Source: Spirochaetia bacterium
GTDB lineage: Bacteria; Spirochaetota; Spirochaetia; SP-2023
Reading direction: 5' to 3'
NCBI GenBank assembly: GCA_965263295.1
Contig: OZ253665.1
Span: 928,001 to 992,000, forward strand
Length of the DNA stretch: 64,000 bases
Shown here one piece after another: positions 8,199-18,784 of this stretch; position 1 is the first letter of the stretch, and each line of letters begins with the position of its first letter. The notes beneath the pieces are model-generated. The model was not told the DNA's origin. It made no database searches and saw only the letters and a program-made list of their open reading frames with translations. The translations under genes and the position numbers were made by a program.

Positions 8199-9794
8199 TC
8201 ACATCGACAATTTGATAACATTCAGATCGGGAAGCATTTCTTTATAACGAGTTTGCAGTGCCCGAACACTATTCGCAAACAGACGCTTGTTCAGACCGGC
8301 CAGGTCACGACTTGGCTCCAGGTGCAAAGACTTCAGATCGACCGGCTGGCCGTAATGCCTGACCTCATAGTGCACATGGGGACCTGTAGCCCTGCCGGTG
8401 CTACCGACATAACCAATAATATCGCCCTGACGCACACGAGAACCGACGCGGTAGCCGGGCTGGAAGCGGCTCATATGCCCGTACACAGTATCGTAACCAT
8501 TCGCGTGGCGAATGATAATGTGGTAACCATAACCAATCCTACTCCAGCCGCGCGCTATGATCGTGCCGGATCCCCCTGCCTTAATCGGGGTCCCTGTCGG
8601 AGCCGCATAGTCGGTACCACGGTGCAGACGCCAAGTTCCCATAATTGGATCGCGGCGATAGCCAAAGGGTGAAGATATATACGCCCCGTTCACCGGCATC
8701 AGCAAGAGGGCCTTGCTGGCACTGCGTCCCTCAGGGTTAAAGAAGTCAGATTTACCCGCTAAATCAGTATATTCAAAAATTGGGAAGCTCTTGCCATCAG
8801 CTAGCGTGATATTGGCATAAACAATCTCTCCCGATGCCACTCGCTTATTATTTTCATTGTAAATCATAGTATATATCAGCTCATAACGAGTCCCGCTCTG
8901 GATATCACTCTGGAAATTAATGTCGAAACTATAGCGGTTAAACATATCCAACAGAATTCCGCCGGGAACGCCTTGGTCGACGCCATCCTGATAAAGCGAG
9001 CGCGTTACCGTTACTTTTTTATTAAAGGTCTTCGGATTTAGTTCGTGGTAGCGTATTTCATTTCTAGGCTCGCCCTGGTATAGATAGGTATTAACTGTTT
9101 TTTCCCTGCCGTCAATCTCAAACCCCACCAGGTGCCTACCCTCGTCTGTTTCGTCGGAAAAAAACAGCCGGATGGGATCTTCTGCGCTCAAATGCCCCAG
9201 ATTGACATCATCGCGCACACTCAGAGCCAAAGCGGAACTCTGTTTCTGAGTCAGGCCATAACGTTTCAGGAACGAAACCAGGGCTTCATTGCGTTGTAAG
9301 TGTCCGGTTTCTGTACTCAGCGAACTTTTCCAGTCTTGCCAGCTTTCTTCTGGGCCAACGGGCTCGCTGGATGCAACGTAATCATCCCGATTCAGTGCCG
9401 CATTTTCCGCTTTCGCCGCAGACAATCCCGGAGCCAGCCAAGAGACCCAAAGAAACGCATAAGCAATTAGCAATAAAATGCTGCTAACAATTCCTACAAT
9501 TCCTAAATGTAGAGGATGAGTGATAAAAGCATAAAATAATGAACGATTTGAATTTCTGGGCTCCAGGTGGCGACTAGCCCAGAGGCCAACAGCAGGAATC
9601 TCTTCGTGCAAGGACTTTGCCTCAACACCCACCTTGTTGTCTATGTTCAGTAAGCGGCGGCCATTCGAAAAATAACTGCGCCAAGGGCGCCTTTTTGCCG
9701 CCGCGGCAGGGAAGTACTCACGGTTACGACTAGTATCGTTTGTCCGGTCTGCTTCATCTTCCCAGGCATTCTTCGAATAATTCATTTTGTCCAT
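8199..9794 (-). CDS. Membrane-anchored M23 family peptidoglycan DD-endopeptidase
   Basis: Motifs ISSPFGYRRDP, HRGTDYAAP, YGHM and STGRATGPHVHYE; one N-terminal transmembrane segment; GGAGG RBS. Confidence 0.92.
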   Translation of the reverse strand: MDKMNYSKNAWEDEADRTNDTSRNREYFPAAAAKRRPWRSYFSNGRRLLNIDNKVGVEAKSLHEEIPAVGLWASRHLEPRNSNRSLFYAFITHPLHLGIVGIVSSILLLIAYAFLWVSWLAPGLSAAKAENAALNRDDYVASSEPVGPEESWQDWKSSLSTETGHLQRNEALVSFLKRYGLTQKQSSALALSVRDDVNLGHLSAEDPIRLFFSDETDEGRHLVGFEIDGREKTVNTYLYQGEPRNEIRYHELNPKTFNKKVTVTRSLYQDGVDQGVPGGILLDMFNRYSFDINFQSDIQSGTRYELIYTMIYNENNKRVASGEIVYANITLADGKSFPIFEYTDLAGKSDFFNPEGRSASKALLLMPVNGAYISSPFGYRRDPIMGTWRLHRGTDYAAPTGTPIKAGGSGTIIARGWSRIGYGYHIIIRHANGYDTVYGHMSRFQPGYRVGSRVRQGDIIGYVGSTGRATGPHVHYEVRHYGQPVDLKSLHLEPSRDLAGLNKRLFANSVRALQTRYKEMLPDLNVIKLSM

Positions 9795-10173
9795 AACAAC
9801 CTCCCTCTTTCAGTCTTTAAGACCCGACAGAAGTCCCCCTCAAGCTGTCTCAGCGGCTTGCATGACACAAAAGTTTAATAATATCGAAACAAAATCAATA
9901 TAAATATCGGGCAATCATAAATATTAGGAAATATTAATTCAAGGCATTAATTGCAGCAATTTAGTACAATTACAAATCTAGACACCATTCGGAGCCAGCA
10001 ACTAAAATGCACACCCATCACAAAACAGCGGATAATTTTGCGAACTATTTTCTACATTTAGATAGAAGCATTTATCATGTATTTAACCCAGTATCCCAAT
10101 ATTTGCCAATGAGTCATCAATTGAGCTCCAGAAGCTTTAAGATTATCTTCTTCCTCACGCCGCCGGCGACAAA

Positions 10174-11769
10174 ATGCCAAGAGCTTGTCACAATAGCCCT
10201 AATATATATAATTGCAAGCGAATGCATATGACGCCGATCACTTCCCCAAAAAACCACTGGCAACTCAGGCTTTCCCCCCTGTCTTTAGGCATATTATTAC
10301 GCATTTTATACCGGGACACAACATTTGCACTCGCCGGTTTCTGCTGCCTTTGTATCTCCGCCGCTGTGGTCGCGCAGGTTTTGCGAGCTTCGCAACCTTT
10401 GATGGCTCAGGACTCCAAACCAGCTGAGAGTTTGACTGCCAACCACGCCCAGTCTAGATTCAAGTCTCAAAGTTTCGGTGCCACCAGGCTAGAGCAGAAC
10501 TATCACTTGAAGGAAAATACAGATCTGCGCATACGGCTGCAAAATTTATTCACAGCCCCCCTGAACGAGGTGTTGGCATCCAGGCAAACAATTTATAGTC
10601 AGCGAGATGGCAATCCTCCAGTAATGTTTCAGGTTCGCTTAAACAATGAGCAGCCCGACAAGCTCTATTATGCATTTGTAAATCTCTCAGACGACACAGA
10701 GAATAACACGACACCATCTCCGGTCAGTAGTCGCGGTAGTTACCTTATACGTCGCAACTTGCAAACAGACCGCATTGATCAGATCAAAATTTTCCTCAAC
10801 TACAATATCGGGAACGAACAAAGCTTTATTCGAATCTCTCCGAAGATGAATACTCCTTATTCAGAAATAGAAGTTGTTATTTTTGATCGAACGATCTACT
10901 CTGGCGTCCCGCTATCCATCCCCTTTGCAGATATTCTAACTATGCCATTGCATCAATTTCTGCAGATGACAAGCGAGACTATCCCGTGGGAAACTCTGTG
11001 GAGTGACCCAACATTGACCGATTGGCAGCTAGTAAAGCAAATACCACAGCAATTACGCCCTTTTCTCTACCAGATCCCCGAAATATATGACGGAGCTATC
11101 GACGCCCACGGCCTCTTCGTGCGCATTCAAACAGGCGAACCCCTAGAAAACCCAGGAATGAACTGTTCGGGCTTCGTTAAATGGGTGGCTGACGGCGTAT
11201 ATCGCAGTCTAAAAAGACGGGAAGATGAGCAGCCATATTTAGATATTAATGTTTTAAGACATCGCCAGACTCAAATTCGCGGTGCCAATAACTCTTGGAG
11301 TGATGCCAAAGAAACTACGCGTGACCCGTATTTTGGCTTAGACTGGGCCCGCGCCATCGCCCAAGAGCTTTTAGAGCTCAAGTTGGGACGCCCTGTCGAT
11401 ATCCGCACCAGCGATGTGCGAGCAATTCCTTTTTTCAATTATCTTGAAAATGTTGGCTACCCTGTCGCCAACATTAATGCCATGATGTACCTGTTAGCTG
11501 TCAAAACCCCCGGAGCTTTTTATCTCGGTGCTATCAATGGCACATTCGGCGATCCCCCCCTTCATCAGTATTATCATGAAGTCGTATTTTTCCCTTATTT
11601 TAAAACAAACGGCAAATTTGAGCTAGTAATTATGGACACAGGCGTAGAACGTAGCAAAAGTTTCATTGAAGCCCGTTATAGAAACGCTTACGTGCATTTG
11701 AGCCTGATCAATGCACCTTACGTGTATCAGGCTGCGCCTTTAGATCTTCGCCAAAGGCCAAAAGAGTAG
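10174..11769 (+). CDS. Exported hypothetical protein with a GMNCSGFVKW motif (start uncertain)
   Basis: 531-aa ORF with an N-terminal hydrophobic segment; resembles spirochaete-conserved hypotheticals. Confidence 0.7.
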   Translation: MPRACHNSPNIYNCKRMHMTPITSPKNHWQLRLSPLSLGILLRILYRDTTFALAGFCCLCISAAVVAQVLRASQPLMAQDSKPAESLTANHAQSRFKSQSFGATRLEQNYHLKENTDLRIRLQNLFTAPLNEVLASRQTIYSQRDGNPPVMFQVRLNNEQPDKLYYAFVNLSDDTENNTTPSPVSSRGSYLIRRNLQTDRIDQIKIFLNYNIGNEQSFIRISPKMNTPYSEIEVVIFDRTIYSGVPLSIPFADILTMPLHQFLQMTSETIPWETLWSDPTLTDWQLVKQIPQQLRPFLYQIPEIYDGAIDAHGLFVRIQTGEPLENPGMNCSGFVKWVADGVYRSLKRREDEQPYLDINVLRHRQTQIRGANNSWSDAKETTRDPYFGLDWARAIAQELLELKLGRPVDIRTSDVRAIPFFNYLENVGYPVANINAMMYLLAVKTPGAFYLGAINGTFGDPPLHQYYHEVVFFPYFKTNGKFELVIMDTGVERSKSFIEARYRNAYVHLSLINAPYVYQAAPLDLRQRPKE

Positions 11770-11936
11770 GCTTTACGCCCTGGCAAAATTAATCACTGTA
11801 TTAAAAGGCTAAGTCTGCAAACTCCGTTGCGCCCGCAAGCTTTTTGCCTTAAATAAGTTGAAGAACTAAAACTACAAAAATAATTAAAGGTTTAACACCA
11901 AATCTTATCATTGGTATTATTAGGATCAATAAATAC

Positions 11937-11961
11937 AAAAGGTTGCAACTGTGCAACCCTA
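11937..11961 (-). terminator. Terminator downstream of tRNA-fMet
   Basis: Minus strand reads ggttgca-cagt-tgcaacc followed by tttt. Confidence 0.6.
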
Positions 11962-11989
11962 TAAATAACTGCTACTATGCAGTAGAATT

Positions 11990-12062
11990 TAGCAGGGGTA
12001 GGACTCGAACCTACGGCCTTCGGGTTATGAGCCCGACGAGCTGCCAACTGCTCCACCCTGCG
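11990..12062 (-). tRNA. tRNA-Met (CAT), initiator type; CCA not encoded
   Basis: Cloverleaf with anticodon arm TCGGG-CTCATAA-CCCGA (three consecutive G-C pairs), unpaired C1 and a GTTCGAG T-loop. Confidence 0.97.
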
Positions 12063-12078
12063 ATCTGTAACTAAAACT

Positions 12079-12107
12079 AGGATATTCGCATCCACAAAAC
12101 TTGTCAA
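12079..12107 (-). promoter_or_regulatory. Sigma70 promoter of tRNA-fMet
   Basis: TTGACA-N17-TATCCT on the minus strand, just upstream of the tRNA. Confidence 0.75.
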
Positions 12108-12317
12108 GATTATCTATAGTTTTTTTTCCTTGGTCATAGGCTACATTTTGCAGTGATATGCAATATTTCTTAATATTTCATTATAATGATTATATTTATC
12201 TTATCTACTACAAACAAAGATATAAATTATACTTGTAAAATTCTTAATTTCCTTGAATAATAGCCTGCCAATCGCTTCACTCAAGCAGCTGGAAAATCTC
12301 AAGTAATACGGTTTCTA

Positions 12318-14768
12318 ATGCATCGACATTTAATGTTTCGACAGATAAGATTAGCTATCTTGAAACTAAAGTTTAGTAGACAATTAATGCTGGGCTCTTT
12401 TATAAGTTCCCAATCTCTACAGTCAAAATTATTACGAAAAAGAAAATATGCTATTTTTCTCGGCGCCATGACGCAGCTGCAGGCATACTCTTGCAGCACT
12501 GCCAGCGCAGAAAATAACTTATTGTGGGACATGGAGCCCGAAGTGGTGCGCGAACATTTACAGCAGCGCGATTTACTTGATATCAAGGCCCATTTAACGA
12601 AGGACCAAAGCCAGCAAATTATGCGAGATGCCCGCTTGATCGGCACAGACAGCCTCTACACCATTGCCCTGATATTTGCCGAAAAAAAAGAATGGGATCT
12701 ATACCAGCGCGCAATGATGGTACAATCGTATTCGGGCAGCAAATACGGCCAAGAAATCGCCCTGCAGCACATGGCACAACATAAAATATTCAGCGACGAT
12801 CAGCGCCTCAACAGCCTACAACAACATCTGAAAAAGCAAAACCGTGACGGCAAGCACCTGATCCAGGCGGCAACTTTAGCCCTAGACAAAGGCAAAGTCG
12901 ATCTGGCCCGCGACTTCTGGGTGCAGTTTATTTCCAGTCGGCGCACACCTGCGACTGAATTAAGCCTAGACCAAGTTATTATTGGCTTGAAGCTCGCTCT
13001 ACTGCAGCGTGACCAGCTGAGTGCCAACTACTACATGCGCAAGGTTGTGCTGGGCTTTTCCGCCGACACGGCGCACGAGGACTTGCTGCAAGACTTAAAT
13101 ATACGCCCCGAGTGGCGAGAGCTGTTGCACGCAAGCCAAGAGGGGCCCCCTCTGTTGCAAAGTCTGGAATGGAAGGTCAATTTGCTCCAGAAAAAATTTT
13201 CCCAAACCTTGCCCCAATTATTAAACAGCGGCGCGCACCTAGATGGCAAGGAACAACTTAGCGAGCCGTTGAGTTTCTGGTGGACCCATCCCGTTCTGGT
13301 TGAAGACACTGGCAGGGCCCTCTTTAACGCTAATAAATATCGCTCGCAAAGTCGCAACGTGAAAGACGGTCGCCGGCGCTTCCAAAGCCTAATCGGCGGC
13401 CAGACCTCACTGGCCTTCGACCGGAAGACCTACAACAACCTTATTTACTGGTATATCCGCAATAATCGAAATTACCCGGAAATGGAAAAATACAGAGCAG
13501 AATTCCGCGGTGACGATTCTCTGCGCCCTTGGCTACTGACTGAGTACCTCTACTTTTTCAAAAATGCGGATCACTGGACTGATTTTCCTGCCTTTTTGGC
13601 ATCTTGGCGGCGGGAACAGCCGGATAAACTCAGTTTAAACAGTAGCAGTATCCGGATTTTCCGGCAAATTTATCGCGATATGTCGGCACGCAAAAAACGC
13701 GATTTATTGCAAAAAATGTTTCGCGAGGCCAGACGTTGGGGACAAGAAGAACTAATCCTCGAAAGTGCCTGGAATTACCGCCTCGTAAAGGGTCAATCCT
13801 TAAGTACAAAAGAATGGTTGCTTATACCGCGGTCGAGACGAAGCCGGGTTATATCTGACATCCGGCTGTTCGTACTGCGTGCCGACCAAGGTGAAAATAT
13901 GCTGCCACCATTGCGCGAGCGTGAACCAGAAGTTCCTCTAAATCCTGCACAGCAGGCTCTAGAGGAACTTCTGCGCTCTCTAATTGATCACGGCTTCAAC
14001 GACGAGGCCTTGCGTCTGGCACGTATTTACCATCAAGATCTGTCACCGAGCAGTATTGTGGACTTTGCCCGGCGCATTCAGGCACAAGGAGACTACGACA
14101 TTGGCATGCGCATGGTCGCCCAACTGACTTATGACGAAAATTACAATATGTCACGCGAAGCTTTGAAACTGTTTTATCCCAAGGTTTATTACAACTTAAT
14201 AAACAGTTTTTCTGAGGAATACAGTTTGCCGATATCAATTTTTTATGGTTTAATACGCCAAGAAAGTTATTTTTCGCCAGCCGTCGTTTCGCACGCAGGC
14301 GCAATCGGCCTGAGCCAGTTGATGCCTGCCACCATGCACGAAGTGGCGCGGAAAATCGGCTTTCGCGATCCCGATGCCACAGACCCCGCGACCAACTTGA
14401 AAATTGGCTCTTACTACCTGCGCTACCTAATTGACCACCGCTGGACAAATAACTTGGCTCAGGCCCTGATGGCCTACAATGCTGGCTTAGGCAATATCCG
14501 CAAATGGAAAGCCCGCCTGGGAAGTTTGAGCGGTCTGGAATTCAACAATTCTGTTCCCTTACGGGAAACCCGCCTTTACGTACAGAAAATTGGCGCCGGC
14601 GCAATTTACTATGCAATCTTATACAATTGGAGGGATCCCATTTCAGTTCTACACACAATCTACCCCCAAGATTTCCCCAATGCCCAGGCCAAGACCCAGG
14701 CCCGCGCCCAGCAAATGCTTAAGCTGACGGAATATCCCCATGAGCAATCTATTTTGGCTCAGCGATGA
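12318..14768 (+). CDS. Soluble lytic murein transglycosylase (C-terminal SLT domain)
   Basis: Motifs LIRQESYF, SHAGAIGLSQLMPAT, ALMAYNAG and ETRLYVQK. Start uncertain. Confidence 0.88.
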   Translation: MHRHLMFRQIRLAILKLKFSRQLMLGSFISSQSLQSKLLRKRKYAIFLGAMTQLQAYSCSTASAENNLLWDMEPEVVREHLQQRDLLDIKAHLTKDQSQQIMRDARLIGTDSLYTIALIFAEKKEWDLYQRAMMVQSYSGSKYGQEIALQHMAQHKIFSDDQRLNSLQQHLKKQNRDGKHLIQAATLALDKGKVDLARDFWVQFISSRRTPATELSLDQVIIGLKLALLQRDQLSANYYMRKVVLGFSADTAHEDLLQDLNIRPEWRELLHASQEGPPLLQSLEWKVNLLQKKFSQTLPQLLNSGAHLDGKEQLSEPLSFWWTHPVLVEDTGRALFNANKYRSQSRNVKDGRRRFQSLIGGQTSLAFDRKTYNNLIYWYIRNNRNYPEMEKYRAEFRGDDSLRPWLLTEYLYFFKNADHWTDFPAFLASWRREQPDKLSLNSSSIRIFRQIYRDMSARKKRDLLQKMFREARRWGQEELILESAWNYRLVKGQSLSTKEWLLIPRSRRSRVISDIRLFVLRADQGENMLPPLREREPEVPLNPAQQALEELLRSLIDHGFNDEALRLARIYHQDLSPSSIVDFARRIQAQGDYDIGMRMVAQLTYDENYNMSREALKLFYPKVYYNLINSFSEEYSLPISIFYGLIRQESYFSPAVVSHAGAIGLSQLMPATMHEVARKIGFRDPDATDPATNLKIGSYYLRYLIDHRWTNNLAQALMAYNAGLGNIRKWKARLGSLSGLEFNNSVPLRETRLYVQKIGAGAIYYAILYNWRDPISVLHTIYPQDFPNAQAKTQARAQQMLKLTEYPHEQSILAQR

Positions 14769-14814
14769 GCAGATGTCGCTTCTTATCACGACTCCCTTGT
14801 TCTTCCATAGTTTA

Positions 14815-14850
14815 CCTGCCTAAATTTCGTGGCTTTCGTGCTTCCCCCCC
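14815..14850 (+). repeat. Short relic of the ladder repeat family
   Basis: cctgcctaaatttcgtggctttcgtgcttcccc matches cctgcctaaatttcgtgccctttcg in cluster 1. Confidence 0.6.
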
Positions 14851-15045
14851 TCTTGGCATACAGAGGCTGCTCGCTCCGATAGATGCCGGGAACCAGTTGT
14901 TACTGTAGCGACATATTAGGCTTGCCCATCTGCCGCCAGGAAAATCTGCAATATTATTTATTTAGTCATGCTTTGCTTAAAACTTGCCGAGATAGACGCT
15001 ACCTGTTAATATACTTGACAAACTATTTTTAGTAAATGAGGCTCC

Positions 15046-15462
15046 ATGAAACTGCGGGAAATCTGGCAGTCATTTATCAATCTGGTCAAACGCGAAAACC
15101 CCATTACGTCGAAGTTCGTATTCTGGTATGTAATTGTCATAATTATATTTACTATGCTAATCGTAGCGGTCAAGGTCATACCCATGGTTCAACGAACCAT
15201 TCGTTTAAACCAGGAGATACAACAAGGTAAAATCTATATTCGCGGCCAAAATCCTTTTTTAAACCCTGATATTGATGACTTTATTTTTGAGTATGACGGA
15301 ACATTCCAGTTGGAAAAATTCTATCCATTGCGTGTTCCTCAAGCTCAGTGGGACCAGGCCGAGATACAAGAGTACTGGGATGATATTGACCAAAAGAAAC
15401 TAAAAGACTTGAGAGAGGACAACCTACAGATGCTGGAACAGCAGCTAGAGGCTCTGCCTTAA
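15046..15462 (+). CDS. Hypothetical single-transmembrane protein
   Basis: 138-aa ORF with a GAGG RBS and one hydrophobic helix. Confidence 0.7.
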   Translation: MKLREIWQSFINLVKRENPITSKFVFWYVIVIIIFTMLIVAVKVIPMVQRTIRLNQEIQQGKIYIRGQNPFLNPDIDDFIFEYDGTFQLEKFYPLRVPQAQWDQAEIQEYWDDIDQKKLKDLREDNLQMLEQQLEALP

Positions 15463-15494
15463 CAGAATTTTTTTCTTTAGTAGAATGACACGGC

Positions 15495-17390
15495 ATGAAG
15501 AATTGGGTGCAAAACATTATTTCCAACATTATTTCTACGGCTTTCCCCAGCTGTTTTGTGAGTTCTGGGACTGTATCACGTTTGTGCCTCTTATGCTTAT
15601 TGCTTTTAATTAAACCAGTTACAATTTATTTTTCATTTCCCTTATGCGCTCAGAATCCCGCTCAAGCTGCAGAAAAATCGCTCCAAGATACAGAAAAACT
15701 ATCCAATAAACGGAATAAACGAGAAAGCCAGAATAATTCAGCTGATGCTGCGGAAGCAGTCCCTCCTCTTTTGCCATTTTCTTCCCGTAAAAACTCTGGC
15801 TCTGGCCTAGATTCTGATTTTGGTCCCGGTTTGGGCATCGCAGATTTTTCACCGGGTGATATCCAACAGCGGCTGGATTCTGTCCGTAAGGACTCAGCTT
15901 CGCCACTGCAGCCAGAATTTTATCCCCAGCGCCGAGAGCCAAGAGAAGCCGACGCCAACAACGCCGCACCTTCAGCAGATACAACAGAGCCTCCAACAAG
16001 CTCCGCGCTGGCCTCCCAGACAGCTCCGGCTACTCAGTCCGCTGCGCCAAATACTATGGATCAACAGAAAGTCCAGTCTCCATTGCCAATGAAGCAGACA
16101 AGGCAAATGAAAAAAACAAGCTCAATGCCACGGACTAATTCCATGACTAATCCCATACTAGACAAACGTCCCCAAGTCGAGCGAGAGACTAAGCGGCAAG
16201 CTCAGACTGGCGCGCGGCCGACCTTGCGGGCTGCGGATTTAAACGATGTAGTGATTCCCCAGCGAAGCTCCCCTTCTGAGCAAATTAATGTGTCTAAGAC
16301 AATCTCTCTGGACACCCCCCTTCAACTTTCCTTGCATGGCTTGATCTGGACTTATATCCCCAGCTTGAGTCAATACCCAAACCAACCAGATTTTGAACGC
16401 GAGCTAGGCAACCTTGAGACCTCATTTCGCTTTGAGTTTCCCTCTGCCGGTCGTTATCTTTTGGCTTTTTCACGTCAGTTTCCAAGTACCGGAGAGCTGG
16501 AATACTATAATGCTGAAATTATCGTAGAAGGTGAGCCCGGTGAGCCCAGAGAAGAGCCAACTGGCAACACGCCTGTAGAAACAAGCCAAGCTCAAGCTTT
16601 CATGGCCGAGCCAATTGAAACAAACAATGTCGCCCAAAAGCAAGGTCTCAATTTAAAAAGCAATGCCAATACCCAAAATATTGTAGAAAATAACTTGAAT
16701 TATCGTATCACAAGCCAGGTTGTTAGTGGTGTACAGCGCATGCTTGATGACGGCGAACTGGAGTCAGCCTACCAAACTTTAAACAACTGGCCCGCGAGTG
16801 AGCGCGGAGATATCTATGACACGGCAGCCCAAAAATTTCTAGATGCGGGCATGTATTCTCAAGCTGTCGATATGTGGAAGCACAACACAAGCCTGGATGG
16901 TGAACTGCAAAACAGAGCGGTAGTCGGAATTGTGCACGCCCTAACTCAGAGTGCGGATTCGGAAAGTCTACTGCAGTGGCTGCCAGAATTTGTCGAACAA
17001 GCAAAACGGCAGCAGGAGGAGGACAGCCTCCTGCAAGAATCTCTGATTGACTCAAACGACTTTGCCGATATCTATCGAACTCTTTTCAAACTTGGTGACA
17101 CATCGGCAAATGATTCGACAAATCATACCGTTGCAATGGCAGACAACGAAAAAGCAAATGATATCCTGGAATTTTACCAAACTTATGTGAATCACTTTGC
17201 AGATTCCAATAGCCCTGAAATTCTTTATAATATGGGTTTATTATTTGAGCAACCGGGTCGCCATCAAGATATACGCCGGGCCGGCCGTTTATACAAAAAT
17301 ATCCAGGTCAATTATCCTGTCGATGAATACAGTCAAAAAGCTACCGAGCGCCTAGACTACTTGAACCGGCAATTCTTTCATGTCCGTTAA
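15495..17390 (+). CDS. Exported hypothetical protein with low-complexity N-terminus and TPR-like helical C-terminus
   Basis: 631-aa ORF. The C-terminal LYNMGLLFE...DIRRA..LY..I...YP...A.ER..YL pattern is typical of spirochaete TPR proteins. Confidence 0.7.
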   Translation: MKNWVQNIISNIISTAFPSCFVSSGTVSRLCLLCLLLLIKPVTIYFSFPLCAQNPAQAAEKSLQDTEKLSNKRNKRESQNNSADAAEAVPPLLPFSSRKNSGSGLDSDFGPGLGIADFSPGDIQQRLDSVRKDSASPLQPEFYPQRREPREADANNAAPSADTTEPPTSSALASQTAPATQSAAPNTMDQQKVQSPLPMKQTRQMKKTSSMPRTNSMTNPILDKRPQVERETKRQAQTGARPTLRAADLNDVVIPQRSSPSEQINVSKTISLDTPLQLSLHGLIWTYIPSLSQYPNQPDFERELGNLETSFRFEFPSAGRYLLAFSRQFPSTGELEYYNAEIIVEGEPGEPREEPTGNTPVETSQAQAFMAEPIETNNVAQKQGLNLKSNANTQNIVENNLNYRITSQVVSGVQRMLDDGELESAYQTLNNWPASERGDIYDTAAQKFLDAGMYSQAVDMWKHNTSLDGELQNRAVVGIVHALTQSADSESLLQWLPEFVEQAKRQQEEDSLLQESLIDSNDFADIYRTLFKLGDTSANDSTNHTVAMADNEKANDILEFYQTYVNHFADSNSPEILYNMGLLFEQPGRHQDIRRAGRLYKNIQVNYPVDEYSQKATERLDYLNRQFFHVR

Positions 17391-17450
17391 AAAATTCAGG
17401 TTAAACTGTTTGCCAGATTTGAAAATTATTTTTGTTATATGTATAATTAA

Positions 17451-17895
17451 TTATTTGTTTGGCGTAGCTAAGATGGAAATTACGGCCGCAACCAGTAATA
17501 TACTGCCTCCAATGAGTTGATTGAATTTTAGCACGGAGTCAAAGAACCGCAACCCTAGAGCAATCGTGGCCAAGGGCTGTAAAGTCAGTAATAACACCAC
17601 TTGGGTACAACTTTGGGTACTGCTAAGGTGATTCTGTGAGTGCACCTACAAAAGAGTTGCGCCAAAAAAACTGTTCAAGCCCAGTAGGACTGGAAATAGT
17701 CAAGGTAGCTAGAAAACGAACAAACCCAGCCGTTTGCCATATTTTATTTTCGCCTCGCAGACCGTAGTAAACGAACAACAGCACCACGCTGGTAGTACGA
17801 AAAGGACTGTTCTGTAAGTGTCCTTGTCCCACAACAGACAATTTCTTGGCTTCCCGCGTATCAGATAAACGGGCAGGCCAAGGTAAAACCGGCAA
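17451..17895 (-). pseudogene. Fragmented DMT/EamA-like transporter remnant
   Basis: Two short frames. LLTLQPLATIALG...LKFNQLIGGSILLVAA resembles the EamA C-terminus; lies next to an IS remnant. Confidence 0.5.
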
Positions 17896-17915
17896 ATAAA
17901 GCTAAAATTCCCTTA

Positions 17916-18771
17916 GGCTCAGGACTCATTTCTAAAACAAGACGATTGTCGCAATGTAAATTGCCGATTCAAAGGTGTGTGTAACGATCATATCGCATCG
18001 CAATACGCCAGTCCAGTTTAGCAAAAGTATTCTCGACTTTATCACGATTTTTATAACTCCAGCATGCCCTCGTTACGGCTCTTGCAACAGGGAATACAAC
18101 TCGCAATATTCTGATCTGCAAGTATTTTTCTTACTCTAAAACTATCGTAGTCCCAATCTGCAATCAGCACTTGCGCCGCTAGAAACTCAGAAAGCAAAAC
18201 ATCCGCACTTTTGAAATCACTTCATTGCCCTTATTTTAGATGAAGCCGTATCGGGCGCCCCACACCACCCCGCCCAGAACATGTAATTTGCTATTCATAC
18301 CTTCCTTTAGAGGTATTGGTTGAATGATCGGCCCGGTCAAGCGTGGCTCGCCCCCTTTTTTTGAGGCTCAATACCGTGCGGTGTGCCTTGAGATGGGTGG
18401 CATCACAATCATCAGCATGTCCGTCTGTGCAGCGTTTGGCTTGGCCAATTCTTTGAAGATCTTTTTGAAAACACCGTTTTTTGACCAGCGTAAAAAACGA
18501 TTGTAAAGTTTTTTATACGGGCCATATTCAGGCGGTGCATCGCGGCAAGCGTGAACCATTGCGAGTAATTAATAAAATACCGTTCAGGACACGTTTGTCA
18601 TTTGCCCCAGGAACGACGTGTGACTTTGAGAAATGGGGTTTTAGACGCGACATCTGATCATCGCTCAACCAAAAAAATAGATTGCTCATTGGAAGGCTCC
18701 ATGATAGAGATATTGAATCACTTTGCTCTCTTGAAGCCAATGGGCCTTAAACCTAAATAAGTGCATGGACC
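17916..18771 (-). mobile_element. Degenerate IS5-family (IS427-group-like) insertion sequence with transposase pseudogene
   Basis: Fragments LSDDQMSRLKPHF, DKRVLNGIL, RDAPPEYGPYKKLYNRFLRWS and VENTFAKL..AMRYDR..HTFESAIYIA across frameshifts. Imperfect ends ggctcaggactcattt / aaataagtgcatggacc, each flanked by TA; length 856 bp. Confidence 0.85.
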
Positions 18772-18784
18772 TACGAGCAATCCC

